Notes under the pieces: model-generated
Databases searched by the model: none
What the model saw: only the letters and a program-made list of their open reading frames with translations
Told to the model about the DNA's origin: nothing
Translations under genes and position numbers: made by a program
Origin: an uncultured Rubrivirga sp.
Lineage (GTDB): Bacteria > Actinomycetota > Actinomycetes > S36-B12
Reading direction: 5' to 3'
Assembly (NCBI GenBank): GCA_964631085.1
Contig: CAZVWA010000003.1
Location: 1-43,773, forward strand
DNA: 43,773 nucleotides
Shown here: positions 1 through 10,918 of the stretch, piece after piece
Layout: each line of letters starts with the position of its first letter
Position numbering within the stretch: position 1 is the first letter of the stretch

Positions 1-59
1 AAGGCAAGGATTACGTCATGGCCGACGGTGACGTTGTCGAATTCCGCTTCAACGTCTAG
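1..59 (+). CDS. ychF: C-terminal end of ribosome-binding ATPase YchF (5' part lies outside the window)
   Basis: Frame 3 reads GKDYVMADGDVVEFRFNV then TAG at 57-59, the conserved C-terminal tail of YchF/Ola1. Confidence 0.7.
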   Translation, partial: GKDYVMADGDVVEFRFNV

Positions 60-85
60 TGATAATTCGACGGGAGGGAGCCACA

Positions 86-292
86 GTGGCTGAGAAGGTG
101 ACCGGACCGGCTTCCTATTTCCCTTCCATCGAAAAGAAGTATGGCCATCCGGTCTCGTACTGGATGGAGCAACTCGACACGGTTCGCGACGCCAAACACA
201 TGGAGCAGGTGACCTACCTGAAGGACATGGGAATGGGTCACGGTCACGCTAATGCCGTCGTCGCTGTGTACCGCAAGGACAATGGTCTGTAG
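86..292 (+). CDS. DUF4287 domain-containing protein
   Basis: ORF 59..292. I prefer GTG 86, preceded by GGGAGGGA at 72-79. The sequence ASYFPSIEKKYGHP...GMGHGHANAVVAVY matches my memory of the DUF4287 family. Confidence 0.7.
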   Translation: MAEKVTGPASYFPSIEKKYGHPVSYWMEQLDTVRDAKHMEQVTYLKDMGMGHGHANAVVAVYRKDNGL

Positions 293-313
293 TCGACACA
301 AGTGAGGACGAAC

Positions 314-781
314 ATGGACGGCTTCCTGTATTCCGTCGAGCGCGAATTCGACATTCCACTCGAGGTCCTCTGGGATGCCTGGGTCGATGCAACAGCGCTG
401 GAGGAGTGGTACCACCCAACGGACCTTTCGTGTGTTCCCGGATCCGTGGTGTCCAATCCGATCGATGGCGGTGCGTGGAGTGTCGGCGTGGACGTACCCG
501 AGTACGGATTCACCGCGTACTTCTATGGGTCGTACACGGCTGTTGATCCGCATGCTCGAATCGACCACACGATGCACTACACGCAGTCACGTGAAGAGTT
601 CGAGGCGCGAGACGAATCGTTGGACCATCACCTCGTTCGCATCGAGTTCGACAATCGAGGAATGCGCAGTTGGGTGAAGTTCAGTCAGTTCGGTGAGTTG
701 CCAGAAGGCGAGGCAGTGCGTGCCCAGGAGGGCATGGAGAGCTACTTCGATTCGCTCGAGCGGTTCCTCACTGTCAACTGA
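314..781 (+). CDS. SRPBCC family protein (Aha1/START-like fold)
   Basis: ORF 302..781. ATG 314 follows GAGGAC. The N-terminus FLYSVEREFDIPLEVLWDAWVDATALEEWYHP is typical of the Aha1-domain SRPBCC family. Confidence 0.75.
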   Translation: MDGFLYSVEREFDIPLEVLWDAWVDATALEEWYHPTDLSCVPGSVVSNPIDGGAWSVGVDVPEYGFTAYFYGSYTAVDPHARIDHTMHYTQSREEFEARDESLDHHLVRIEFDNRGMRSWVKFSQFGELPEGEAVRAQEGMESYFDSLERFLTVN

Positions 782-1196
782 TAGCGCCGCGCTTGTTCCT
801 GCGTGCTGAACGGGCCGACCAGGCCCCCGTGCACCAAAGCGCCCACACGACGAGGGCCGGTTGAAAAAGCAGCCGAACGAATCTCGCTGCGTCGCTATCG
901 AGACCGAACGCCGAGGTCCCTGTTACGAACTGCGAGATGTTGCCGGGAAAAATGACGACGAAGAATCCCGCGGTGACCCACCCGAGCGCCGGGCGCCATC
1001 GACGAGGTATGACGATCAGGGCAGTTCCCAAGATCAGTTCGACCACACCTGAAACAGCGACGACGGCCTCCGGGGCCGGCATCCACGGTGGCACTTGCGC
1101 AAGGAATGCGTCCGCGCTGGTGAAGTGCCCGATGCCGGCGACGATGAGGACTACGGCAAGGCCCAGGCGTCCGAGTATCCGCACCATCGTGGCCAT
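774..1196 (-). CDS. DoxX-like integral membrane protein
   Basis: 140 aa with four hydrophobic helices. GAGAGG lies upstream of ATG 1196. Its 3' end overlaps the convergent SRPBCC gene by 8 nt. Confidence 0.65.
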   Translation of the reverse strand: MATMVRILGRLGLAVVLIVAGIGHFTSADAFLAQVPPWMPAPEAVVAVSGVVELILGTALIVIPRRWRPALGWVTAGFFVVIFPGNISQFVTGTSAFGLDSDAARFVRLLFQPALVVWALWCTGAWSARSARRNKRGAIS

Positions 1197-1226
1197 GCAG
1201 TGAGCCTCTCATGATGGACTTGGAGC

Positions 1227-1619
1227 GTGTCCGATCTGGTTGTGTCCGCCGTCGTCCTTCGTGATGACGCAGGTCGAGTGCTGCTGGTTCGAAAGCAAGG
1301 CACAGATCGATTCATGCTCCCGGGCGGCAAGATCGAGCCGGGCGAATCACCAGATGCCACGATCCGCCGAGAATGCGGCGAGGAGATCGACATTGATCTC
1401 GATCTGAATCGATTGCGATTGCTCGGTACGTTCACTGCGGCGGCCGCAAACGAGCCGGGCTTGATGGTTACCGGTCACATCTTCGAGCACCCGTGTGTTG
1501 CGGGTGCGAGGGCGAGCGGGGAGATCGCGGAACTGCTGTGGCTCGATCTTCCCTACGACGGCTCACGCTACGACCTCGCCCCACTGTTCGAAACGAAAGT
1601 TCTGCCGCTGCTGACCTGA
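1227..1619 (+). CDS. NUDIX hydrolase
   Basis: Nudix box [24 protein letters not shown]. Confidence 0.85.
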   Translation: MSDLVVSAVVLRDDAGRVLLVRKQGTDRFMLPGGKIEPGESPDATIRRECGEEIDIDLDLNRLRLLGTFTAAAANEPGLMVTGHIFEHPCVAGARASGEIAELLWLDLPYDGSRYDLAPLFETKVLPLLT

Positions 1620-1636
1620 CGATTCGAGGCTGCGTC

Positions 1637-1642
1637 TACTGT
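1637..1642 (+). promoter_or_regulatory. -10 box TACTGT, 6 nt upstream of the typA GTG (leaderless pattern)
   Basis: TACTGT-tcgcag-GTG(1649) with no SD. Part of the recurrent TAnnnT-N6-start pattern in this window. Confidence 0.5.
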
Positions 1643-1648
1643 TCGCAG

Positions 1649-3508
<1,860 letters not shown>

Positions 3509-3510
3509 TC

Positions 3511-5631
3511 CTAGCCGAGGTTCGCGCGAAAGAAGTCGACCTCCGTCAGGAGCAGATTTTCGGCAACAACCTCTTGCGGTGTCATGTGCGTGACCCCGCT
3601 GAGCGGCAGCACGTTGTGCTGTCGCCCGGCCGCCAAGAGCGCACTGGACATTTGCAGCGTGTGTGCGGCCAAGACGTTGTCGTCGGCGAGTCCGTGGATG
3701 AGTAGTAGCGGGCGCTCGAGTTGGGCCGCACGGTTGAGCAGTGATGTGGCCTCATATGGAGCGTCGTCGTCGTTGGGGTTTCCGAGATAGCGCTCGGTAT
3801 ACGCGGTGTCGTAGAGCCGCCATTCGGTCACAGGCGCACCGGCGACGGCTGCATGGAAGACATCCGGCCGGTCGAGCACCGCGAGCGCCGCGAGGTAGCC
3901 ACCGAAGGACCAGCCGCGGATCCCGACCCGCGACGTGTCTAGGGCATCGTGCGACGCAGCGATGGCGTGTAGAGCATCGACTTGATCGTCGAGAACGGGG
4001 CCGGCGAGATCGCCATGCACGTCGTACTCCCACGCCGGTCCGCGCCCGGGAGTTCCGCGGCCGTCGATCACAACGACCACAAATCCCTGGTCGGCGAGCC
4101 ACTGCTCGGTCAGATACGCACCGCCCGCAGCGATCACCCGCTGCGCATGTGGACCTCCGTACGGGCTGCAGATAACCGGCCACTGCATCCCGGGCTCATG
4201 TTGAGAGGGAAGAAGAAGCGCGGCGCTGAGGTTGCGCGCACCCACGCGCATCAACCGAGGCCGCGGGGTCAGGTTCGGCTGTTCCGCTACCGAACTAACG
4301 TCCACCGCACCGTTGACGTCGACAATCGAGACACTCGAGCGGGTCCGGTCGATGTTCGTAGAAGCGACGACTCGAACGTCTGCATCTGCTGTGCCGGCCG
4401 ACCAGAAATCGGGGTCGGTAAGGACCGTGGCGTCTGCGGTGTAGTCGATGCGCGCGAGGACGCGAGTCTCCGGCGCCAGCGCAGCCAAGACTGTGACGCC
4501 TTCGGCGTCTGTGTCGAGGATTGCTTCAACATTCCACCCGTCGGGGGAGAAGGCTTGGCCGCCCCGGCAAACGCGGAAGCAGTCGTCGCGGTCGAGAACC
4601 TCGATCAGTGCACCGCTCGGATCCGTGGTGGGAGAGCCGGAGACCACGGTGATCCACGGTGTCTGCTCACGCTCTGCGCGGACGATCCATTGGTCGTCGA
4701 CCAATTCCAGAACTTGCTGCAATCGCTGCGCGCGATCGAGGACGGAGATCACGGGTGCGCGATTGAGCGGCACGTTGACGCTCGCTAAGTAGCAGTACCT
4801 GTCGACGTTCCACGGTGCATCGATGATGGAACCGTCGATAGAGACCACATGCAGTGACACTGCGGCGTTGGCGGTGCCCGCGGACGGGTAACGGTGCGCG
4901 GTCGGCTCGCGCTCGGGCTGAGCCGGATCGGCAATCCACCGTGTCTCCACATTGGACTCATCGACCCGTTCGACAAGCAGTCGCCGCGAATCGGCCAGCC
5001 ACCACATGCCCCGGTAGCGCTCGAGTTCCTCCGACGCGATGAAGTCGGCGAGGCCCCAACTGATCGCATCGCCTTCTTCGGGCGTCACACAGATCGATTC
5101 GTCGCCCTCCACGGTTGAAAGCCAGACCCGGTTGTCGTGAACGAACGCGACGTACTGCCCGTCGGGACTGATGTGAGAATCCACGACCGGGCCGGGGTGG
5201 GCGACTTGGGACACGGTTTGCGTGGAGACGTCGACGACGTAAGGAACGCCATCGACGACGAATGCAGCGCGTGATCCGTCGGCGTCGAGCGAATAGGCGG
5301 TGATGCCAGAGGTGACTTCGCGGAGCCGTTCGCGCCGGGCGCGCTCGGCCGCGGGTATTTCACCGTCACTGCCCAGTGCGGCCGCTTGGACGAGTAGGCG
5401 TTCCTGCCAGCCATCGCCTTGCTCGCACACCCACAGATCACCACTTGCTGTTCGGCCATCCTTGCTGCGAATGAAGAAGACGCGCGCCAAACCGTCGGAG
5501 CGCCGAACTATGCGAAAGGCTCGGGGAGCCCCGAGTCGGAATCCGCGGGTGACCGCGCGTTGCCGTGGAAATGTCAACGCAGCCTCGCCCGCTCCAGCTT
5601 CCGGCATTTGATCGTTCGACAGCTCGCTCAC
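3511..5631 (-). CDS. S9 family peptidase (prolyl oligopeptidase/dipeptidyl peptidase-like)
   Basis: 706 aa with an N-terminal beta-propeller-like region and a C-terminal alpha/beta hydrolase domain carrying the GWSFGG nucleophile elbow. Confidence 0.85.
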   Translation of the reverse strand: MSELSNDQMPEAGAGEAALTFPRQRAVTRGFRLGAPRAFRIVRRSDGLARVFFIRSKDGRTASGDLWVCEQGDGWQERLLVQAAALGSDGEIPAAERARRERLREVTSGITAYSLDADGSRAAFVVDGVPYVVDVSTQTVSQVAHPGPVVDSHISPDGQYVAFVHDNRVWLSTVEGDESICVTPEEGDAISWGLADFIASEELERYRGMWWLADSRRLLVERVDESNVETRWIADPAQPEREPTAHRYPSAGTANAAVSLHVVSIDGSIIDAPWNVDRYCYLASVNVPLNRAPVISVLDRAQRLQQVLELVDDQWIVRAEREQTPWITVVSGSPTTDPSGALIEVLDRDDCFRVCRGGQAFSPDGWNVEAILDTDAEGVTVLAALAPETRVLARIDYTADATVLTDPDFWSAGTADADVRVVASTNIDRTRSSVSIVDVNGAVDVSSVAEQPNLTPRPRLMRVGARNLSAALLLPSQHEPGMQWPVICSPYGGPHAQRVIAAGGAYLTEQWLADQGFVVVVIDGRGTPGRGPAWEYDVHGDLAGPVLDDQVDALHAIAASHDALDTSRVGIRGWSFGGYLAALAVLDRPDVFHAAVAGAPVTEWRLYDTAYTERYLGNPNDDDAPYEATSLLNRAAQLERPLLLIHGLADDNVLAAHTLQMSSALLAAGRQHNVLPLSGVTHMTPQEVVAENLLLTEVDFFRANLG

Positions 5632-5684
5632 CTGCTTATCGTGCCGGAGAGGCCTGGACCGTGTGCGGCGTCCCGGGTCGCAAG

Positions 5685-5690
5685 TAGCCT
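5685..5690 (+). promoter_or_regulatory. -10 box TAGCCT, 6 nt upstream of the mshB GTG (leaderless pattern)
   Basis: TAGCCT-gatgtt-GTG(5697), no SD. Confidence 0.5.
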
Positions 5691-5696
5691 GATGTT

Positions 5697-6587
5697 GTGA
5701 CCACCCCCGATCGCCGCCTGCTCCTCGTTCATGCCCATCCCGATGACGAGACCATCGGAACAGGGGCGACCATGGCCAAATACGCGGCCGACGGCGTCCA
5801 AGTCACGCTCGTCACCTGCACTCTCGGTGAGGAGGGTGAGGTCCTGGTGCCGGAGCTGGAGCACCTGGCTGCCGATCAACACGATGCCCTAGGCGAACAC
5901 CGCATCGGTGAACTCGCCGAGGCCATGCAGCTGCTGGGCGTGACGGACCACCGGTTCCTCGGCGAACCGGGCCGCTACCGCGACTCCGGGATGATGGGCG
6001 TGCCGAGCAACGATCGTGATGACTGCTTTTGGCGAGCTGATCTTCTGGCGGCCGCTACCGATCTGGTCTCGGTCATCCGAGAGGTGCAGCCGCAGGTTGT
6101 CGTGACCTACGACGATTTCGGTGGATACGGGCACCCCGATCACATCCAGGCCCATCGGATCACCCACTACGCGGTAGCGCTGGCCGAGTCACCGTCGTTT
6201 CGTCCGGACCTCGGAGAAGCGTGGTCGGTGGCCAAGGTCTACTGGACCGCATTTCCGCGCAGCATCATCCGGGCCGGCATCATGGCGTTGCGAGAAGAGG
6301 GTTCCGATAGTGAGTTCGCGGCGATGGATCCGGACGACCTTCCGTTCGCTTGCGACGACGACCTCATCACTACAGCGGTCGAGGCGACCGAATTCCTTGA
6401 CACCAAGATGACCGCGCTGGCGGCCCATCGCACGCAGGTGACCGTCGACGGTGGCTTCTTCGCGCTGTCGAACAACCTCGGATCCCAGGCGATGGGGACC
6501 GAGTACTACCGACTGGTGCGCGGCTCGCATGCACCCGAAGCTGGGTTGGACCGCGAAACGGATTTGTTCGCCGGGATTCGAGAGTGA
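5697..6587 (+). CDS. mshB: N-acetyl-1-D-myo-inositol-2-amino-2-deoxy-alpha-D-glucopyranoside deacetylase (mycothiol biosynthesis)
   Basis: The N-terminus [22 protein letters not shown] (AHPDDE zinc motif) and ~295 aa length are typical of the MshB/LmbE family. Confidence 0.85.
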   Translation: MTTPDRRLLLVHAHPDDETIGTGATMAKYAADGVQVTLVTCTLGEEGEVLVPELEHLAADQHDALGEHRIGELAEAMQLLGVTDHRFLGEPGRYRDSGMMGVPSNDRDDCFWRADLLAAATDLVSVIREVQPQVVVTYDDFGGYGHPDHIQAHRITHYAVALAESPSFRPDLGEAWSVAKVYWTAFPRSIIRAGIMALREEGSDSEFAAMDPDDLPFACDDDLITTAVEATEFLDTKMTALAAHRTQVTVDGGFFALSNNLGSQAMGTEYYRLVRGSHAPEAGLDRETDLFAGIRE

Positions 6588-6991
6588 CCGACGCGGGTCG
6601 ACGACTAGCTCCCGTTGCGTCGCTGATCGCGGGTCTTGTGATCGGGCTGATGGGAGCGTTCGTGCAAGCCCACCGATCGGTGCTCGTACTCGGTGATCGC
6701 TACATGGTCCTGCCCTGGGGTGTCGTGATCGTGCTCGCCGTACTCGTTGTCGCGATCCGCGGAGTGACCCTTGGCTCGAAGTCGCGATGGTCGGGCTGGC
6801 TGCTGCTTGCCGGGTGGATCGCCATGACCGTCTTCCTTGCCAGTGAGACGGCCGGTGGAGACATAGCGATCAGCAGCGGCTTTCGACAGTGGGCCTATCT
6901 ACTCGTGGGCACCGTTATCGGATCGGCCGTCGCGACCCTGCCGGGGCGGCCATTGCGTCCGACGTCGGTCCGGGATCTGGACGCGGTCTGA
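6584..6991 (+). CDS. small integral membrane protein (DUF6113-like, usual mshB neighbour)
   Basis: GTGA start/stop overlap with mshB. 135 aa with four hydrophobic helices. Confidence 0.7.
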   Translation: MTDAGRRLAPVASLIAGLVIGLMGAFVQAHRSVLVLGDRYMVLPWGVVIVLAVLVVAIRGVTLGSKSRWSGWLLLAGWIAMTVFLASETAGGDIAISSGFRQWAYLLVGTVIGSAVATLPGRPLRPTSVRDLDAV

Positions 6992-7133
6992 CTGTCTACG
7001 AATTGCCCTGGAGGGGTTGAGTTTGGAACCACGGTGGGTGCGTGCTTACGATCGTCTCCCAGGTGTGGACAGTGGATCCAGCGCGTGGCGTCCGTGAAGT
7101 AGCTAGTCCGAGAGTGGGGGAGACGAGGGGTTC

Positions 7134-9017
7134 GTGGCCGAGTCGCATCGCCGCCGTTGGCGTCCGAACCGCACCCAAGCGATAGCGGGCGGCGCAATCG
7201 CTGGTGTGGTGGCTGCCCTCCTTCTCGTCGTCGGAGCCTTCGCGCTGTTGAGTGGACCGACCGTTCCCCCCGGCACCACCGTCAACGGGGTGGATATCGG
7301 CGGCATGGGTCGTGACGAAGCCGTCGAAGTGATTCGCGAGCAGGTCGCCCGGCCCGCGGCGGCGCCCCTTGAGTTCGACAACGACGGCGAAACCATCATC
7401 GTCAAACCACGTCAGGCTGGCGTCTGGGTCAACGCGGTCGAGACGGTCGAACCCCTGATGCGACAGAACTGGAATCCGTTCTCACGCTTCTTCTCTGTCG
7501 GGGGAGGCAGTGACGTGGAACCCGTCATCGTTATTGAAGACGACAAACTGACTCGGCAGATCGGTGCATTCGAGCGATTGATCACCACCAGCGCGGTTGA
7601 GTCCTCGCTGGCGGTGGAGGGAACGAACGTTGAATACAGCCCCGGACAACAGGGTCGAACCATCGATGCTGATGCGGCGCGCGCGGCGATCATCGCCTCG
7701 ATCACCAAGCCGCGCGCGAAGCAAGAACTTCCCGTGATCATCGAAGAGCCGACGGTCACCGTCGCGAACGCCGAGGCAGCGAACGCTTTGGCGCTGGCCG
7801 CGGTTTCAGGGCCCGTGAAGGTCGCGGCCGGTGACGTAGTCGCTGAGATTCCGGCAGACGTCATAGGTAACGCGCTGAGCTTCACAGCGATCGACGGCGA
7901 CTATGTGCCATCGCTCGATGGTGCTGCGCTGTATGCCTCCATCGAAGATGAGTTGGTCTTTGCCGAGCAACCGCGCGATGCCCGATTCAAAGTCAAGAAG
8001 AACGGAACCTTGCGCATCGTCCCGAGCCGCGCCGGTGGCGGCATCGAAGACGACGCGTTGGCTGCCCAAGTTTTGACCGTCTTGGGGCAGTCGGGTTCAG
8101 CCGACGGGCAGCGTGAAGTGATCGTCACCGAAGGTCAGCGTCAGCCGGAGTTCACCACGGCCGATGCGGAGGCTCTCGGAATCAAGGACAAGTTGTCGAG
8201 TTTTACGCAGAAGTTCAACTACGCCCCCTACCGCGTCACGAACATCGGCCAGGCGGCTGAGTACGTGAACGGCACGGTCTTGATGCCGGGTGACATCTTC
8301 TCGATGAACGACACCATCCTGGAGCGAACCGAAGAGAACGGCTACACGGTCGGCACCATCATCGGACCGGGCGGAGTCTTCGAGGAGGCTCTCGGTGGTG
8401 GGGTGTCGGCGGCGACGACAGCCGTATGGACCGCTGCATTCTTCGCGGGGATGGAGCGGGTGGATACGCGGGCGCACTCGGTCTACATCTCGCGCTATCA
8501 ACCGGGCTTGGAGGCGACCGTCGCCTGGGGCATCTTCGATATGAAGTTCCGCAACGACAGTCCCTACCCTGTTGTCATCACCACCAAGATGACCAACTCG
8601 TCGATGACGGTTGAGTTCTGGGGAACCCGCGTCTATGACGAGATCGAAGCCGAGTTCGGTGCCAGAACGAGCGTCCGTAAGCCGGAGACCATCTATCGCA
8701 AGAAGAAGGACGGGTGCAGTCCGCAAAGCGGCATTCCCGGCTTCTCGATCAATGTCGATCGCGTTTTCTACCAAGCCGACGAAGAGGTGAAGCGCGAGAC
8801 GATCCGAACGTTCTACCGCGCGGCTCCCAAGGTGGTCTGCGGCAAGAAACCCAAGAAGGACAAGGACAAGAACGACGACGCTTCACAGGATGCGCCGAAT
8901 GATGCGCCCGCGGGGGACGGACCGACAGGCGATGGCGGCCAGGGTTCTGATCAACAGCCAGGAGTCGAGGGAGAAACCTTCCAGAACACTCCGGCTCAGG
9001 AAGTAGCGACCGGCTAA
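7134..9017 (+). CDS. VanW family protein (N-terminal membrane anchor, low-complexity acidic/Lys-rich C-terminal tail)
   Basis: GGGGGAGACGAGGGG lies upstream of GTG 7134. One N-terminal TM helix. The C-terminal half (FTQKFNYAPYRVTNIGQAAEYVNGTVLMPGDIFSMND...) is VanW-like. Confidence 0.8.
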   Translation: MAESHRRRWRPNRTQAIAGGAIAGVVAALLLVVGAFALLSGPTVPPGTTVNGVDIGGMGRDEAVEVIREQVARPAAAPLEFDNDGETIIVKPRQAGVWVNAVETVEPLMRQNWNPFSRFFSVGGGSDVEPVIVIEDDKLTRQIGAFERLITTSAVESSLAVEGTNVEYSPGQQGRTIDADAARAAIIASITKPRAKQELPVIIEEPTVTVANAEAANALALAAVSGPVKVAAGDVVAEIPADVIGNALSFTAIDGDYVPSLDGAALYASIEDELVFAEQPRDARFKVKKNGTLRIVPSRAGGGIEDDALAAQVLTVLGQSGSADGQREVIVTEGQRQPEFTTADAEALGIKDKLSSFTQKFNYAPYRVTNIGQAAEYVNGTVLMPGDIFSMNDTILERTEENGYTVGTIIGPGGVFEEALGGGVSAATTAVWTAAFFAGMERVDTRAHSVYISRYQPGLEATVAWGIFDMKFRNDSPYPVVITTKMTNSSMTVEFWGTRVYDEIEAEFGARTSVRKPETIYRKKKDGCSPQSGIPGFSINVDRVFYQADEEVKRETIRTFYRAAPKVVCGKKPKKDKDKNDDASQDAPNDAPAGDGPTGDGGQGSDQQPGVEGETFQNTPAQEVATG

Positions 9018-10435
9018 GTGCGTTCGACTACCTGGCCGTCGGGGGTGTCGGTGACCGAGAATCCCTCAGCGGCCAGTTCGTCGCGAATGCGGTCGCTGGT
9101 GGCGAAGTCCTTGTTGGCTCGAGCCTGGGCGCGTTCCTCAACGAGAACGGCGATGACCTCCGGCAACGGTTCGTCCTCGACGACCTGACCAACTCGACGG
9201 GCTAGATCGATACCCAGCAGTCGATCGGCCCACGCGAAGAACTCGAACCGTGCTCCGTCGGAGATGTCCGCATCGCGCTCCACGGCGCGGAGCACCTGCA
9301 AAGTGCGGGGGGTGTCGAGGTCGTCGTCAGCGGCATCAAGGAACTGCCGTTGATAGTCCTCGGGGATAGGAGCCGATGGGCTGGTTGCCCACTGCGCCAC
9401 CTTGGTACGCCAGCGCTCGAGCGTCGTTTGCGCGCCCTCGATCACTGCCCACGTCAAGTTCATCTGTTGGCGATACCGGTGCTGCAGGAATGCCAGGCGT
9501 AGGGCGAGCGGGTCGATTCCGCGAGCGACCACGTCCTGGACGAGAACGACATTGCCCGAAGACTTGCTCATCTTGCGTCCGTCGAACAACAGATGCTCGG
9601 CGTGCACCCAATGTCGGACGACGTCAGTTCCGGTTACGGAGTTGCTCTGCGCTCGCTCGTCTTCGTGGTGGGGGAAACGCAAATCGATGCCGCCGGTGTG
9701 GACGTCGATCGAGTTACCGAGCAACTTGACGCTCATCGCACTGCACTCGGTGTGCCAGCCGGGGTATCCGATGCCCCACGGTGTGTCCCACACCAACTGC
9801 GTTCGTGTTTCGGGAGCCTTCTTCCACAGTGCCCAGTCGGCGTGGAATCGCTTTGCCGGGTCGACGCCACCGTCGAACCGGTGGCCGGGTCGAAGTTCCT
9901 CCAGACGATTCCCGCTGATAGCGCCGTAGTCGGGGAAGGAGCGTGCGTCGAAGAAGACCGATCCGTCGTTTCCGACGTAAGCATGACCGGCATCCATCAG
10001 GGCGGTGATGAGTTCGATCATGTCGTCGACCGATTCGCTCGCCCGCGGATAGTGATCGGCCGGATGGATGTTGAGTTCTGATAGGTCTCGGTGGAAAGCG
10101 TCCTCGTAGTGACGGGCTACCGCCAATGCTCCCTTGCCCTCGTCGGCGGCCTGGCGCAATACCCGGTCCTCGCCGTCCCCCTGGCCTTCGTCGATGCCAC
10201 CGAGTCCGGTGTCGTCCGCCATATGCCCGACGTCGGTGATGTTCTGAACAACCGTTGTGCGCCAGCCGTGCAGCTGCGCCAGTCGGGAGATGAGATCAGA
10301 AAGCAGGAAGGTTCGCATGTTGCCGACGTGTGCATCTCGGTACACGGTGGGCCCGCAGGCGTAGAGCGTCAGATGCCGCTCACGAGCCGGGATGATGTCC
10401 ACGGCCTCGCGGGCTTGGGTGTCGTACAGCTTCAT
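9014..10435 (-). CDS. cysS: cysteine--tRNA ligase (CysRS-type; MshC paralogy considered)
   Basis: CGPTVY...HVGN (HIGH variant), WHTECS, FPHHEDE, KMSKS, plus a CysRS-type C-terminal tail (ARANKDFATSDRIRDELAAEGFSVTDTPDG). 473 aa. Confidence 0.8.
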   Translation of the reverse strand: MKLYDTQAREAVDIIPARERHLTLYACGPTVYRDAHVGNMRTFLLSDLISRLAQLHGWRTTVVQNITDVGHMADDTGLGGIDEGQGDGEDRVLRQAADEGKGALAVARHYEDAFHRDLSELNIHPADHYPRASESVDDMIELITALMDAGHAYVGNDGSVFFDARSFPDYGAISGNRLEELRPGHRFDGGVDPAKRFHADWALWKKAPETRTQLVWDTPWGIGYPGWHTECSAMSVKLLGNSIDVHTGGIDLRFPHHEDERAQSNSVTGTDVVRHWVHAEHLLFDGRKMSKSSGNVVLVQDVVARGIDPLALRLAFLQHRYRQQMNLTWAVIEGAQTTLERWRTKVAQWATSPSAPIPEDYQRQFLDAADDDLDTPRTLQVLRAVERDADISDGARFEFFAWADRLLGIDLARRVGQVVEDEPLPEVIAVLVEERAQARANKDFATSDRIRDELAAEGFSVTDTPDGQVVERT

Positions 10436-10441
10436 GCGACC

Positions 10442-10447
10442 ACCCTA
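10442..10447 (-). promoter_or_regulatory. -10 box TAGGGT (minus strand), 6 nt upstream of the cysS ATG (leaderless pattern)
   Basis: The minus strand reads TAGGGT-ggtcgc-ATG(10435). Confidence 0.45.
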
Positions 10448-10579
10448 GGCGGACTTCCCATTCCCGCTGGATACCGCGATGCGGGACGGTAGGAGGACAA
10501 ATTCCGCCCAGCCTTGTGTAGCGTTGCCCTCGGTTGTGTGGGAGTTCCACACATCAACGTTCTGAACCGGAGGCCCGAG

Positions 10580-10903
10580 GTGACCTACGTCATCGCATTC
10601 CCGTGTGTGGATCTCAAGGACAAGTCGTGTATTGAGGAATGCCCCGTCGACTGCATCTACGAGGGTGATCGGATGCTCTACATCCAGCCCGACGAGTGCG
10701 TGGACTGCGGAGCGTGTGAGCCGGTTTGCCCCGTTGAGGCGATCTTCTACGAGGACGACGTTCCCGATGAGTGGTCGGACTACACGGCTGCGAACGCAGA
10801 GTTCTTCTCCGATCTCGGCTCGCCCGGCGGTGCCGCGAAACTCGGAGCGCAGACGTTCGATGCCCCGTTGCTTGCGAACGTTCCTCCCAAAGAGGACGCG
10901 TAG
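10580..10903 (+). CDS. fdxA: 7Fe ferredoxin ([3Fe-4S][4Fe-4S])
   Basis: VTYVIAFPCVDLKDKSCIEECPVDCIYEG...CVDCGACEPVCPVEAI. GTG 10580 is preceded by GGAGG. The track ORF starts earlier, at 10514. Confidence 0.9.
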   Translation: MTYVIAFPCVDLKDKSCIEECPVDCIYEGDRMLYIQPDECVDCGACEPVCPVEAIFYEDDVPDEWSDYTAANAEFFSDLGSPGGAAKLGAQTFDAPLLANVPPKEDA

Positions 10904-10918
10904 TTCGGCGGTGACCGG

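Noticed and set aside
1493-1648. N-terminal extensions of the longest track ORFs: typA from 1493, fdx from 10514, lyase from 24740, ParA from 29419, ftsE from 37650, prfB from 36638, DUF4436-like gene from 40868, EamA from 22516.
   Set aside because: The extensions overlap neighbouring genes and translate to Arg/Cys-rich junk. Internal starts with an SD or a TAnnnT-N6 signature give the family-typical N-termini.
9014-10435. Calling this gene mshC (mycothiol Cys ligase) because mshB lies nearby.
   Set aside because: The 473-aa length and the CysRS-type C-terminal extension fit CysRS better than the shorter MshC. I cannot fully exclude MshC without a profile search, so the question is flagged as a finding.
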